From a virus, in IMG/VR virus record IMGVR_UViG_3300007512_000012, positions 46,938-110,937 of that record: a stretch of 64,000 nucleotides of DNA. One strand, written 5' to 3'. The translations under genes were made by a program, and so were the position numbers. Positions 45,937 to 54,797 of the stretch are shown piece after piece. Numbering within the stretch: the first letter of the stretch is position 1; every line of letters starts with the position of its first letter. The notes below the pieces were generated by a model. The model searched no databases, was not told the origin of the DNA, and was given only the letters and a program-made list of their open reading frames with translations.

Positions 45937-47208
45937 TCACACGTCGATGCGGATGGCCGTCCAGCCGACCGTCATGGTCTGGTTGGTGGCGAAGTTGATG
46001 CGGAAGCCCGTGACGGCCTTGAGCGTGATCCAGGGCGTCTCGTCGTTGGCGGGCTGCGATGGAACTTCGAGGAAGACCTGGAAGCTGGCGTCGCTCATCG
46101 GGATGTCGAAGGTCACGTCCGCCGTCGTCGCGGCAGCGAACGCGATGGTCCCCTGGAGCTTCGGCAGGTCGAGCACCGCTCCCGCGTTGGCGGCGGTGAT
46201 GGCCTTGACCAGGGTGTTCTCGGCCCCGACCGTGACCGTCTCCTGAACGTCGAGTTCCTCCACGGCGCAGTTGCGGAAGATCGCCGCCTGGTCGCCGGAG
46301 AGGACCGTCGCGGGCAGGGAGCAGCCCTCGAACAGCAGCGAGCCGTCGCCGTCCAGGTCCACCTGCACCGGGGTCGCCAGCAGCGTCGTCGCGGCGATGG
46401 GGCCGCAGTCGATGAACCTGTAGGCGTTGCCCGTGTTCACCGGCTCGTCGTTGGCGTCGTCGTACCGCAGGCTGATGGCCCCCAGGAGCCGGACGCCCTT
46501 CGCCTGGAACCAGGACACCTCTTCGAGCAGGAGCAGGCCGAGGTTGGTGCTCTCGGTCCACTGGCCGCCGACCACCTCGACGTTGTTGACCGCCGTGGCC
46601 CACAGCGTCCGGTTGCCCGCCGCCGCGTTGGGGTTCAGGTCGCAGTCGATGAGCGAGAGCATCGAGCTGCCGACCGTCGAGCCCGCCGCCCCCACGATAC
46701 GGACGCACGCCTTGTTGGTGTGCGCGTTCGTGATGGTGAAGCCCTGGATGATCGTCGAGAGCGGGATCGTGCCGAGCTGCGCGGAGATGATGACTGTGTG
46801 GTCGTTGCCGACCGCGTCGGGCGTGGCTTCGAGGGCCGAACGGATGGTGGGCTTGCCGATGCCGACCAGGCGCACACCGTCGCGGACGATGTTGACGGTC
46901 TCGTCGTACACGCCCGGCAGGACCAGGACGATGTACGGGTTCGCCGCACTCGCGGCTGCGGGCACTGCGTCCAGGGCGTCCTGAATCGCGGTCGCCCCGG
47001 TGTAGGCCGCACCTGCCCCGCTCGTGCCCACGATGAGCACGTTGGGGATGTTCCGCAGCCCGGCGAGCTGCGACAGGGTGAGCGGGGTCGTGACCACGGC
47101 GTCCTGAAACGCCAGGCCGTCCGTGGCCGCGTCGCGATTGATCCTCCGAGTCCCGGCTGCGCTGGGCTCGATGTCGATCTGGTCGATGAGGAAGGGATCT
47201 TGCGCCAT
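45937..47208 (-). CDS. Pectin-lyase-like beta-helix fibre/spike protein
   Basis: TAIQDALDA...IVLVLPGVYDE...VRLVG cap motif; C-terminal lectin-like domain. Confidence 0.72.
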   Translation of the reverse strand: MAQDPFLIDQIDIEPSAAGTRRINRDAATDGLAFQDAVVTTPLTLSQLAGLRNIPNVLIVGTSGAGAAYTGATAIQDALDAVPAAASAANPYIVLVLPGVYDETVNIVRDGVRLVGIGKPTIRSALEATPDAVGNDHTVIISAQLGTIPLSTIIQGFTITNAHTNKACVRIVGAAGSTVGSSMLSLIDCDLNPNAAAGNRTLWATAVNNVEVVGGQWTESTNLGLLLLEEVSWFQAKGVRLLGAISLRYDDANDEPVNTGNAYRFIDCGPIAATTLLATPVQVDLDGDGSLLFEGCSLPATVLSGDQAAIFRNCAVEELDVQETVTVGAENTLVKAITAANAGAVLDLPKLQGTIAFAAATTADVTFDIPMSDASFQVFLEVPSQPANDETPWITLKAVTGFRINFATNQTMTVGWTAIRIDV

Positions 47209-47216
47209 CGTCTACC

Positions 47217-47906
47217 TCACACGAACACGTCGTAGCCGACATCGGCATCCGCCCCGACTGCGGGGACGTGGCCGAGTTCGATGGTGAACCCCGTCTTGAG
47301 CTTGAGGGCCGTGGGGACGTGGGCGTCGAAGAACCCGCGAGGCTCCAGCAGGACGCGGTAGGCAGCCGTCGAGAGCGGTGTGGTGAAGACCACCGCCAGC
47401 GAGCCGCCGTCCGCGTTCGTGATGGTGACGACCCCGGAGAGGTCGCTCGTCTGACCCGTCTTGACCAGCACCGAGTAGCCGACCGTCTTCGGATCAGCGA
47501 GGGTCCCGTAGGTGGTCGCGGCCGTAGCCGTGAACCCGGTGGTGGTCTTCGCCGCCGCTTCGAGGACGGTGGCATCCGGGGTGGTGAACACGACGCGGTA
47601 GTTCGTGTTGTTCAGCACCCCGCCGGGGATGACGACCGCCTGCGTGGTCTGGCCGGTGAAGACGACGTTGCCGCTGTCCACCTCGGTCTCCTGCTGGAGC
47701 AGAGCCACCAGCTCGGTCGCCTCCTTCACGTCGTCCATCACAGCCTGGGGCATGGCTGTGAACGGATCGCAGATCCCGCCGGTCGGCGTGCGGAAGTTCC
47801 GCACGCTCACGACACCCTGGGCGTCCACCACCACGTCGAAGTAGTAGGTCTGCCCGCCCGAGCTGGACGAGTAGGTGTGGACGGACTGCTGGCGGGTCAA
47901 CGCCAT
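47217..47906 (-). CDS. Virion fibre-associated protein with two tandem lectin-like repeats
   Basis: Two copies of G...YRV...KxxTGFT...VGY, similar to the C-terminus of 45937..47208. Confidence 0.65.
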   Translation of the reverse strand: MALTRQQSVHTYSSSSGGQTYYFDVVVDAQGVVSVRNFRTPTGGICDPFTAMPQAVMDDVKEATELVALLQQETEVDSGNVVFTGQTTQAVVIPGGVLNNTNYRVVFTTPDATVLEAAAKTTTGFTATAATTYGTLADPKTVGYSVLVKTGQTSDLSGVVTITNADGGSLAVVFTTPLSTAAYRVLLEPRGFFDAHVPTALKLKTGFTIELGHVPAVGADADVGYDVFV

Positions 47907-47920
47907 CGCGGGCTACCTCC

Positions 47921-48397
47921 TCAGGCGCTCGCCCGCAGGGCTCGCAGCTCGGCCAGGCGCTCCGCCTGGTACTCCTCCAGCGAGCTGTACTTGCTGCGGT
48001 CCACGCCGTCCGGCCACCGCTGCTGGATGTACTTCTTGTTGTACTCGGACTTGTTCTTGGCGGAGCCGGTGTCGGGCTTCTTCTGGCCGCCGGGGCCGCC
48101 GTTCGTCGTGACGTAGCAGCGGTCCGCCTCGTTGCCCGTCTCGTAGAAGCACTTGCCCTTGCCCTTGTTGTCGCCGAGCCACTTGCCGGGGTCCTTGACG
48201 TTCTTGGCGTAGTCCGGGTTCGTCTTCGGGTTGTGCGGGTTGAACTGCCGCCCGGCGAACATCTCGTCCAGGTCCCCTGCGAGCATCTCGTCGCCGCAGG
48301 CGCAGGAGGCGTGCCGCCGCAGGAGGGGGACGATGAAGGGCCGCGTCTCGGGAACCTCCGAGGCGATGCGCTTGAGGGTCTGCTTGATCGTGCTCAT
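47921..48397 (-). CDS. Hypothetical late protein
   Basis: AAGGAG RBS; LKRIASE...PLLRRHA leader followed by a hydrophilic region. Confidence 0.7.
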   Translation of the reverse strand: MSTIKQTLKRIASEVPETRPFIVPLLRRHASCACGDEMLAGDLDEMFAGRQFNPHNPKTNPDYAKNVKDPGKWLGDNKGKGKCFYETGNEADRCYVTTNGGPGGQKKPDTGSAKNKSEYNKKYIQQRWPDGVDRSKYSSLEEYQAERLAELRALRASA

Positions 48398-48411
48398 GTG
48401 TGCTCGCTCCT

Positions 48412-48723
48412 TCACCAGATTCCGGTGGTCTCGAAGCCCCGCTTCTCGAACCACTCGCCGAGGGCCTTCAAACCGTCGTGATCTCGGGACCAGAGTTCCA
48501 GTCCGTCGAAGTCGGCCTTGATGCCGAGGTCGGCCACTCGGGGAACCCCCTTCATGGCGACCTTGCCATCACGGAACGAGTACAGGAGGTTCGCGATGTT
48601 GCGGATCTCCTTCGCGCCGTAGAGCACCCTGATCCGATATTCGGGGAAGGAGACGGCACGGAGCCACCGCTGGGCGACCCGCTTCGTCATCAACACCCGC
48701 TTGTCGGAACTGGCCTTGGTCAT
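48412..48723 (-). CDS. Hypothetical late protein
   Basis: AGGAGG RBS; N-terminal RVAQRW. Confidence 0.72.
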   Translation of the reverse strand: MTKASSDKRVLMTKRVAQRWLRAVSFPEYRIRVLYGAKEIRNIANLLYSFRDGKVAMKGVPRVADLGIKADFDGLELWSRDHDGLKALGEWFEKRGFETTGIW

Positions 48724-48744
48724 GGGCTGACGCCCTCCTATGCT

Positions 48745-48765
48745 CTACCTGACCGGCGGCATAGG
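48745..48765 (-). promoter_or_regulatory. Putative phage late promoter (CCTAT-N12-GTAG) at the start of the structural region
   Basis: Copy of the 8-copy motif. Confidence 0.7.
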
Positions 48766-48786
48766 CGAACTAACGCCGAGGCCCGG

Positions 48787-49389
48787 CTAGTCGATGACGT
48801 GCGTCCACCGGCCGTCCCAGGCCGGGCGCTTGACCTCGCGGAGGATGTTCAGGTTCGCGGCGATGGTGTCGAACATCGCGGCCAGGTCGGCCAGGTCGTC
48901 GTGGGTCTTCATCCGCTTGACCGCCCGGATGAAGCGGTGCCGCACGAGGCCCTGCGTGACGCCGAGGCGCTTGGCGACCTCGCTCTGGCAGGTCGTCTCC
49001 CACATGAGGACCATGATCTTCGCGTCGAGCGGGTCGGGGAGGAAGCCGGTCATGGCCTCCTCCAGCTCGGGCTTCGTGATGTCGGGGAGGCGGAGGAGGA
49101 ACTGGATGCGGTCGGTCGCGCGCTTGAGCCGGTAGCAGACCGTGGGCTGGCTGACGCCGAAGATGTTGGCGATGTCGGTCTGGTTCAGGTGCCGGAAGTA
49201 GTACAGGTCCACGAAGTCCGCTTCGCGCGGCGGGAGCTGGTCGAGCAACGCCCGGACCCGCTCGATCTTCGCCAGGGACTCCTCGTCGGGCTCGGTGAAG
49301 ACCGACGCCATGTGCGACATCGAGTCCTCGTTCGAGAAGCGGGTCTCGATGTCATTGGGGTCGATCATCTGATGCCCGGACCAGGCCAT
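48787..49389 (-). CDS. Sigma70 region-4-like protein with two tandem HTH domains
   Basis: LDQLPPRE...LYY...QTDIANIFGVSQPTVCYRLKRA and QSEVAKRLGVTQGLVRHRFIRA. Confidence 0.8.
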   Translation of the reverse strand: MAWSGHQMIDPNDIETRFSNEDSMSHMASVFTEPDEESLAKIERVRALLDQLPPREADFVDLYYFRHLNQTDIANIFGVSQPTVCYRLKRATDRIQFLLRLPDITKPELEEAMTGFLPDPLDAKIMVLMWETTCQSEVAKRLGVTQGLVRHRFIRAVKRMKTHDDLADLAAMFDTIAANLNILREVKRPAWDGRWTHVID

Positions 49390-49466
49390 GCTACTCCACG
49401 AGGTCAAAAGCTCAGATCCAGAAGCACCAGCAGACCCTTACTATACCAAAACCCCCCGTTGGTCTA

Positions 49467-50009
49467 TCAATCCCCCACTTGTTCCTCGATGAAGATGCGG
49501 GGAACGGTGGCTACAACCTCCAGGGATCGCAGCCGGATTCGGATGAAGGCGTTGTCCTCGTCCAGGCCGCACACCCGCCCTTCGAGTCCACGGTAGGCCC
49601 CCTGGGTGATGTTCACCATCGCGTGCAGCGGGACCTCGGCCGTGACCATCCTGCGCAGCTCGTCGCGCATGGCCTCGACCTGGAAGTTCGGGACCACGGA
49701 GAGGCACCGCATCCGGTGTGGACCCGTCCGGCTGCTCATCACCTGGTTGATGTAGGGCTCCCGCTCCAGGGCGTAGTACGCCACGTCGTCGAGCCCGGAG
49801 GCCACGAAGGCGTAGCCCTCGACCAGGTGGATCGGGACGACTCGGTTGTTCTTGCGGAACAGGGCGACGGGGACGAAGACCTCGTGGTCCTCGTCCACCT
49901 GGAGATCCCGGCGGATGTGCGCGGCGAGGGTGCCCTCTACCGCGTAGACCTCCCCGCTGCGAGCCAGTTCGAGCGTGACCCACGTCCTCTCGTCACGGCG
50001 ATCTCCCAT
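49467..50009 (-). CDS. NusG-family transcription elongation/antitermination factor
   Basis: NGN-like VFVP...LVEGYAFV and KOW VNITQGAYRGLEGRV. Confidence 0.82.
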   Translation of the reverse strand: MGDRRDERTWVTLELARSGEVYAVEGTLAAHIRRDLQVDEDHEVFVPVALFRKNNRVVPIHLVEGYAFVASGLDDVAYYALEREPYINQVMSSRTGPHRMRCLSVVPNFQVEAMRDELRRMVTAEVPLHAMVNITQGAYRGLEGRVCGLDEDNAFIRIRLRSLEVVATVPRIFIEEQVGD

Positions 50010-51408
50010 CACCGGACTCCAGGTCGGTGAGGGTTCGGCCGAGAAGCCGGGCGAACTCGTTGGGCTTGAGGGCGGATGATTCGGGACTCCCGGTCGTTTC
50101 CTTGGCGGTACGCTCACGCTTCACCGCTGCGGGTCCACGCATCGCAGACACCCACAGATGATCCTGCTCGGGGATCGTACCGTCCTGGGCCGTCCCCTCC
50201 CGCACCGTAGGTGAAACCGCCATCGACCCGGAAGACTCAGCCGCCTTCGGCATCTTCGGCGGCGGGGCCGCCGCCTGTGTAGGGGGGACCGGGGGCGCGG
50301 CACCTCCGACCGCCTGGACCTGGAGAACCGCCTGCGGCTGGCTCACCGAGCCGCCGACGTGGTGCAGGTGGCCGATGTCCATGAGCAGCATCGAGGGGGT
50401 CGGGCGGCCAGGCCGCGAGGCGAACCGGCTCGCGTACCCGAGCAGGGCAGCCCCCTTGGAGGCCCCCAGGGCCGCCAGGCGCTCCTTGCCCCAGTAGCCG
50501 GGCACCTTCTCCCCGAGGGAGGCCCGGAAGGCCAGCATGGCCGCCTCAGACAGCTTCCGGTAGCAGGAGACGGGGGAGGCCCGCGTCATGATCTTCTTCG
50601 CGGCCTCGAAGGCGGCGGGGAGGTCGGAGCCGATGGCCTCCAGCAGGTCGATGTAGGCGGCGTTCAGGTCGAGGTGCAGGTAGGCGGCGACGTTGTCCTT
50701 CGTCACCCCGCCGAGCATGGAGACGCCCTCGATGGCCTTGAGCGCGTCGCGGATGTGGCACTCGGTGATCTCCGCGACGAGGGTGAGCATGTCCGGCTCG
50801 AACTCGATCTCCTCCTGCTCGCAGACGAACTGGAGCCGGGTGGCGATCACGTCGGGCGGCTGCGGCTGGACCACGAAGGCGGGGGCGCACCGGGACAGGA
50901 CCGTCGCCCGCATCTTCTCGGGCTCGGTCGTACAGAAGATGCAGGTGAGCTGCTTGTCCTCGCTGCCGGGCAGGTTGTCTTCCAGCGGCTTCAGCAGGGC
51001 GTCCAGGGCGTCCTTCGAGAGCTGGTGGGACTCGTCGAACAGGTAGATCCGCCGCTTGCCGCTGATGGTGGCGTACTGGATCTCGTCGGTGATCGCAGTC
51101 ACGTCCGCCTTGCCGGAGTTGGTCGCGGCATCGACCTCGGTGAAGTCCGCCGACGAGTCGTCGGCCAGCAGGCCGAGGCAGGACTGGCACTCGTTGCAGG
51201 GGTTCCCCTCTCGCGGCTCCTCGCACAGCAGCGCACGAGCGAGGATGCGGCCGAGGGTGGTCTTGCCGGAGCCGTGGCCGCCGCAGAACAGGTAGCTCTG
51301 CCGGAAGCCCCGGCCCTGTGCGACGTACTGCCGCAAGATGGCGATGTTGGCGTCCTGCCCGAGCACGTCGTCGTAGTTCTTCGGGCGGTACTTGATGTCC
51401 AGGCTCAC
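49993..51408 (-). CDS. dnaX: DNA polymerase III gamma/tau-like clamp loader
   Basis: KYRP...DVLGQ, GGHGSGKTT, PCNECQSC, EVDAA, DESHQL, LLKPLE, TVLSRC. Confidence 0.93.
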   Translation of the reverse strand: MSLDIKYRPKNYDDVLGQDANIAILRQYVAQGRGFRQSYLFCGGHGSGKTTLGRILARALLCEEPREGNPCNECQSCLGLLADDSSADFTEVDAATNSGKADVTAITDEIQYATISGKRRIYLFDESHQLSKDALDALLKPLEDNLPGSEDKQLTCIFCTTEPEKMRATVLSRCAPAFVVQPQPPDVIATRLQFVCEQEEIEFEPDMLTLVAEITECHIRDALKAIEGVSMLGGVTKDNVAAYLHLDLNAAYIDLLEAIGSDLPAAFEAAKKIMTRASPVSCYRKLSEAAMLAFRASLGEKVPGYWGKERLAALGASKGAALLGYASRFASRPGRPTPSMLLMDIGHLHHVGGSVSQPQAVLQVQAVGGAAPPVPPTQAAAPPPKMPKAAESSGSMAVSPTVREGTAQDGTIPEQDHLWVSAMRGPAAVKRERTAKETTGSPESSALKPNEFARLLGRTLTDLESGDGRSP

Positions 51409-51429
51409 GGCTGTCCTCCTGTGCCCCGT

Positions 51430-51804
51430 CTACCCCGTGAAGGGGTCGGCAGAGCCCTCCTTCCACACGCCGATGTACGCCTGGAACTGTCCGTGCTCGG
51501 TGATCCCGAGCAGCACCGGCCCGTACTGCTCGGTCAGGTCGATGAGCTTCTGCTTGAGCTGCTCCCGCGACAGAGCCGGTTCGTCGTCTCGCCCGAAGCC
51601 GCTGGTGTCCACGAACAACGTGGTGATGCGGTAGAGCCGCTGGTCGAAGTCGGTCTTCGCGTCCCCGACGAACGGCACCTGTGCATCTTCAGGCGGCCAC
51701 GCGAAGTCGGACCCCGCCGCCACTCGGAGCAGCGGGGTCCGATCGCGTCGAGTCGCCTGTGCGGCCTCGGCATTCATCTGGATGATGGTGTCGAGGTCCC
51801 ACAT
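51430..51804 (-). CDS. Hypothetical protein
   Basis: LFVDTSGFG..DEPAL, GITEHGQFQAYI phage-family-like motifs. Confidence 0.7.
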   Translation of the reverse strand: MWDLDTIIQMNAEAAQATRRDRTPLLRVAAGSDFAWPPEDAQVPFVGDAKTDFDQRLYRITTLFVDTSGFGRDDEPALSREQLKQKLIDLTEQYGPVLLGITEHGQFQAYIGVWKEGSADPFTG

Positions 51805-51807
51805 AGG

Positions 51808-52278
51808 TCAGGGCGACGACTCGCCGAACAGCTCCTCGATCAGGTTGGGCTCGGGCGTGGAGCCGCTCGTCCGCCAGAAGCCGTAGTTCTCGACCTCCTC
51901 GCGGAAGAAGCTCACGTCCGGCAGGCGGACCGAGCACTTCGTCTTGCCGGACTCGGGGTTCTCCTCCACCCGGCAGGCGCAGAGATGGTGGAACAGCAGG
52001 GCCTCCTGCTCCGAGGCCCCCATCGCCTGCCACTGGTCGGCGGCGAGGGTGATGACGAACTTCCAGTCCTTCTCGCCGTCCACGACGCCGAGAAGGGCGT
52101 TGGCCTTGCTCGTCTTCCCGGCGATGACCTGCTCCCCGTTCACCGTCCCCTTCTCCTTGAAGACGATGAGGATCTCGTCGTCCACGAGGGCGAGATCGGA
52201 GAGGTTCGCGTTGTTGGCGATCAGGGTCTCCATCAGCTTGTAGACCTCGCCGCCAGCCTTCCAGGGTCCATCGGACAT
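51808..52278 (-). CDS. Phage metallopeptidase-like protein with degenerate HExxH
   Basis: FVITL...W......QEALLFHHLCAC...PDVSFF.E.V..YG.W. Confidence 0.65.
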   Translation of the reverse strand: MSDGPWKAGGEVYKLMETLIANNANLSDLALVDDEILIVFKEKGTVNGEQVIAGKTSKANALLGVVDGEKDWKFVITLAADQWQAMGASEQEALLFHHLCACRVEENPESGKTKCSVRLPDVSFFREEVENYGFWRTSGSTPEPNLIEELFGESSP

Positions 52279-52290
52279 CTCGTGCTCCTT

Positions 52291-53013
52291 CTACTGGAAG
52301 GCCCGCCGCACTCCTGCGACGCCTCCCTGGTTCCAGATTTCGCCGGGGTCCTTGCCCCGGTAGCGAATGCTCACCGCTTTCACATCTACCCGCTCAAGGC
52401 GCTTCAGGGCTCCCCACCGCTCCTTGCCGTTGTCGTCGATGAACCCGTGGGTGCCATGCTGCCCCGCCTCGTCGTTGTCGTACACCATCCGCACCCACCC
52501 TCGGCAGAAGCGGCGGAGGAACTCGACGTGCTTGTCGGTGAGCTTCGCCCGCAGGCTGGCGAGCACCACGTCGCTCTCGGGGATGACCCACTCCATCGCG
52601 AAGAGGTCGAAGAACCCCTCGACGATCCACACGTCCGCCCCGTCCCAGATGCGCTGCATCGTCTCCGGGGTCAGGCCGAGCCAGAGAGGGTGCCACCCGG
52701 CCTCGGGCAGCAGGTAGCGGGTGACCTTCTTCTCGGGGAGGCGGCGGCCCTCGAACCCGAGGATGCGGCCTCGGGCACTGAACAGCGGCCAGACGGCCCA
52801 GCCTTCCAGGTGCTCGCCGACGCCCTTGCCGCCGTACTCCAGGGACGAGTACCGCTCGCGGAACGTCGGGTCGGGGGAGGGCTCCGACAACACCTGCCAG
52901 GTCTTGATCCCGTGCCGGGCGATGGACTCCTCCGAGGCTCCCCGGCCGAGGAAGTACCCCTCGTGGGCTTCAGCCAGCGGGAGGTTCGGCAGGTGGTTCG
53001 TCAGCCAGGTCAT
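52291..53013 (-). CDS. DnaG-type primase core (TOPRIM), no zinc-binding domain
   Basis: GFEGR, IVEGFFD, YDNDEAG, GKDP. Confidence 0.85.
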   Translation of the reverse strand: MTWLTNHLPNLPLAEAHEGYFLGRGASEESIARHGIKTWQVLSEPSPDPTFRERYSSLEYGGKGVGEHLEGWAVWPLFSARGRILGFEGRRLPEKKVTRYLLPEAGWHPLWLGLTPETMQRIWDGADVWIVEGFFDLFAMEWVIPESDVVLASLRAKLTDKHVEFLRRFCRGWVRMVYDNDEAGQHGTHGFIDDNGKERWGALKRLERVDVKAVSIRYRGKDPGEIWNQGGVAGVRRAFQ

Positions 53014-53659
53014 CGGGGGCGGGTCCTCGGGCGATGGCGATGCCGCGTGCGGCGTTGTGGACCACCCCCGCGTACTGCTTCGTCGTCACCTGCACCACCA
53101 GCCCGACGAAGGAACGGTCCTTCGGCACCACGATGATCGTGTCGTCCGGCACCCACGAAGAAGGCCGGAACGGGAGGCCAGTGCTTTCGATGAGCGGGCG
53201 AAGCTCAGGCGGCATCAGGTCCACTGGCTCTACCCGCTGGCCGTCCTCCTCGACCCCCTCCCCTTCATCGGTGGGGTCGAGCAGTGCCACCTCGGTCGCC
53301 TGGTGGGCTCGGGGGGTCAGCAGCTCCAACGGCCCCAGCTCGTAGAACTCGACGTGCGCGATGGCCTCCCGCAGCCCCTCGATGGTCAGCGGGTGGGAGT
53401 TGCCCCACTGCTGCTGCCGACCCATCGCCTCCACGGCCTCGACGATCTCGGCGAAGAACGCCCCCACCGTCATGTTCCGCACGGCGGCCTTCACGACGGG
53501 TCCGGGGTGGGCCTCGTTGATCCACATGACCGAGGACGAGGACGACACCAGGTACGGGGCCGTCTCCTCTGCGACGGTGAACTCCAGCATCAGCGGGACG
53601 GTGCCCCGCCGCTTCATGGCCTGCGAGGCGAGTCGCTGGAACAACAGCAGGTGGCTCAT
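52970..53659 (-). CDS. Hypothetical protein
   Basis: Coupled to its neighbours; C-terminus faintly like the MCP C-terminus. Confidence 0.65.
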   Translation of the reverse strand: MSHLLLFQRLASQAMKRRGTVPLMLEFTVAEETAPYLVSSSSSVMWINEAHPGPVVKAAVRNMTVGAFFAEIVEAVEAMGRQQQWGNSHPLTIEGLREAIAHVEFYELGPLELLTPRAHQATEVALLDPTDEGEGVEEDGQRVEPVDLMPPELRPLIESTGLPFRPSSWVPDDTIIVVPKDRSFVGLVVQVTTKQYAGVVHNAARGIAIARGPAPDDLADEPPAEPPAG

Positions 53660-54147
53660 CAGCCCCCTCCCAACTTCTTGCGGAGCGACGGCCACCAACC
53701 TGACGGCTCGGAGTCCTCGTCGTCCTCAGCTTCTTCGAGGGCAGCCTCGACATCGGCCTCGCTGGGCATCTCGTCGGGGTCGTCGAGCACCCACATCAAG
53801 GCGGCCACGTCGGGGAAGCTCGCTGCGATGAGGCCCCTGTTGCCGGACTGCACGATGGCGTGGAACTCCGACTTCACCTGGGCCTTGGTCTTGAGCGGCT
53901 CCCACAGGGGGCACTCGCGGGCCATGTCGTCGCAGCCGGGGAGCCGGGAGTCGCAGGGGACCATGCGGGACTGACCGGAGGCGTTGAGGACCCCGCAGAG
54001 GTTGACGCACACGCCGTCCGCCAGCTCCCACTCCCGGTTGTGGCAGCAGGTGTCCGGGCGCTGCTTGAACAGCGCACGCAGCCGCTTCTGGAGGTGCCGG
54101 TAGGTCACCTGCTTGAGCTGATGTCGGATCTGGCTCTGTGACCGCAT
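53659..54147 (-). CDS. Cys-rich hypothetical protein
   Basis: PDTCCHN...CVNLC...PCD...CP. Confidence 0.7.
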   Translation of the reverse strand: MRSQSQIRHQLKQVTYRHLQKRLRALFKQRPDTCCHNREWELADGVCVNLCGVLNASGQSRMVPCDSRLPGCDDMARECPLWEPLKTKAQVKSEFHAIVQSGNRGLIAASFPDVAALMWVLDDPDEMPSEADVEAALEEAEDDEDSEPSGWWPSLRKKLGGG

Positions 54148-54176
54148 GGCCTTCCTATCCTCTGTGGCCCGTCACC

Positions 54177-54797
54177 CTACCCGCCGTCCTCGTCGAAGAG
54201 CCCGTCGATGGCGTCGAGTTCGTCCTGCACCGCCTCGACGGGGATGCCGGAGAAGGCCGCAGCCACCGTGTCCAGGTTCAGCACCGCCTCGATCTTGCCG
54301 AGGGTGTCGCTGTCGGCCTGGTCCACCAGCTTCTTGATCTTCGTCCGGCGGACGGCCAGGTCCGAGACGATGGGGTCCGGGCGGTTCTGGAACACCTTGT
54401 CGAGGATGCGCTGGGTGAGCGACGACCTGTCGAGCTGATACCACCAGATGCCGCCGTCGCCCCGCTCCTTCGTGTACCGGAGCGGCCCCCACACGTCACC
54501 CTGGAGTTCGCGCAGACGGCGGGTGCCCTCCTGGCCCCCACCACCCTCGGCGGGCGAGCGGTTGATCTGGACGTTGCTGTACTTCTTGCCGTCCAGGGTC
54601 AGCAGGAGCACCCGCTGACGGCTGTTGGAGAGCCGGTCGAAGTCGGTGGGGTGGCTGTAGGTCGAGCCGACGTTCAAGCCGAGGGGAGGGGGCGTCTGAG
54701 CCGTCACCTGCGAGGCGAGGGGCTTCTCCGGCGGCTTGGGGTCGTCGTCCTCGAACAGGAAGGCCAGATCGTCGTCATCGTCCCACAGCCCGCTCAT
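54177..54797 (-). CDS. Hypothetical protein with a possible winged-helix domain
   Basis: VLLLTLDGK...RRLREL...WWYQL. Confidence 0.6.
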   Translation of the reverse strand: MSGLWDDDDDLAFLFEDDDPKPPEKPLASQVTAQTPPPLGLNVGSTYSHPTDFDRLSNSRQRVLLLTLDGKKYSNVQINRSPAEGGGGQEGTRRLRELQGDVWGPLRYTKERGDGGIWWYQLDRSSLTQRILDKVFQNRPDPIVSDLAVRRTKIKKLVDQADSDTLGKIEAVLNLDTVAAAFSGIPVEAVQDELDAIDGLFDEDGG

